Source: Candidatus Micrarchaeota archaeon (lineage in GTDB: Archaea; Micrarchaeota; Micrarchaeia; Norongarragalinales; SBBD01). From it: 26,388 bases of DNA. The position numbers were made by a program, and so were the translations under genes. This document shows, in pieces, positions 26,024 through 26,388 of the stretch. Under the pieces are notes generated by a model. It had not been told where the DNA came from, ran no database searches, and was given only the letters and a program-made list of their open reading frames with translations. The stretch lies in assembly GCA_038046605.1 (NCBI GenBank), contig JBBSVW010000086.1, forward strand, positions 1-26,388, in the 5' to 3' direction. The number at the start of each line of letters is the position of its first letter. Positions within the stretch are counted from its first letter, which is position 1.

Positions 26024-26388
26024 GCGGTATTCTGGGCCTAAATAAATCCCAAAACTTTCAAATGGCAATTAATTCATTTTCTCCTAAAACAGCAAATACG
26101 TTTCAACCCTCAAAATCTATCGCTTTTAATACCCCTATTCCTAATTTCAACATGCAAGATCAAGCGCTTGGGGCAACCGAAGCAAATGCAATTAGGCTTC
26201 GCTTCAAGGAATACTACAAGCACAACACGAAGGCACCCAGCAGTTTGCACATGCGCGAATTCGGATTTGGGTTTGAAAAGAAGATTGATTTCCGGCACAA
26301 GGAGTTTCAAAGCGAGCTGGATTTGCTAGCGTTCATTGAAAGGGATGTGCCCCTATTCATGTCCTATTCGGCGGCTTACTATCGTTAT

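Noticed and set aside
26110-26310. 66-aa minus-strand ORF at the window end
   Set aside because: TTG start shortly after an in-frame stop, no recognisable motif, and context truncated by the window edge.

Overview
Archaeal genomic DNA: it carries aRF1, exosome Csl4, archaeal NMNAT and GGTG/GAGGTG-type ribosome-binding sites. DPANN, possibly Micrarchaeota, is my inference from several 'LFGC' lipoprotein-like leaders, an orphan PEP-utilising His domain and short Cys-repeat proteins. Most of the window is housekeeping and membrane genes: FNR-like reductase, Csl4, Sua5/TsaC, NadM, RdgB, a Ca2+-type P-ATPase, DUF475/TerC-like, FKBP PPIase, a disulfide reductase, CcdA-like, ATP-cone and aRF1. I recognised no transposase, integrase, reverse transcriptase, CRISPR array, rRNA or tRNA. 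The most unusual signal occurs twice, at two unrelated genes (PEP-domain gene ending 8651 and FKBP gene ending 17785). Each gene is followed by a hairpin-rich spacer ending GGGGG-loop-CCCCC-T(T)AG-n-GTGTC, then immediately by a second, synonymously recoded copy of the gene's own last 13-21 codons. A separate TATA-bounded double-palindrome element occurs three times, and two copies bracket an AT-rich two-gene cassette. Two small genes missed by the ORF track (a 35-aa K/R-rich peptide and a 47-aa 8-Cys metallothionein-like peptide) and a membrane-protein pseudogene were also found. Family assignments come from motif recognition only; no database search was run.
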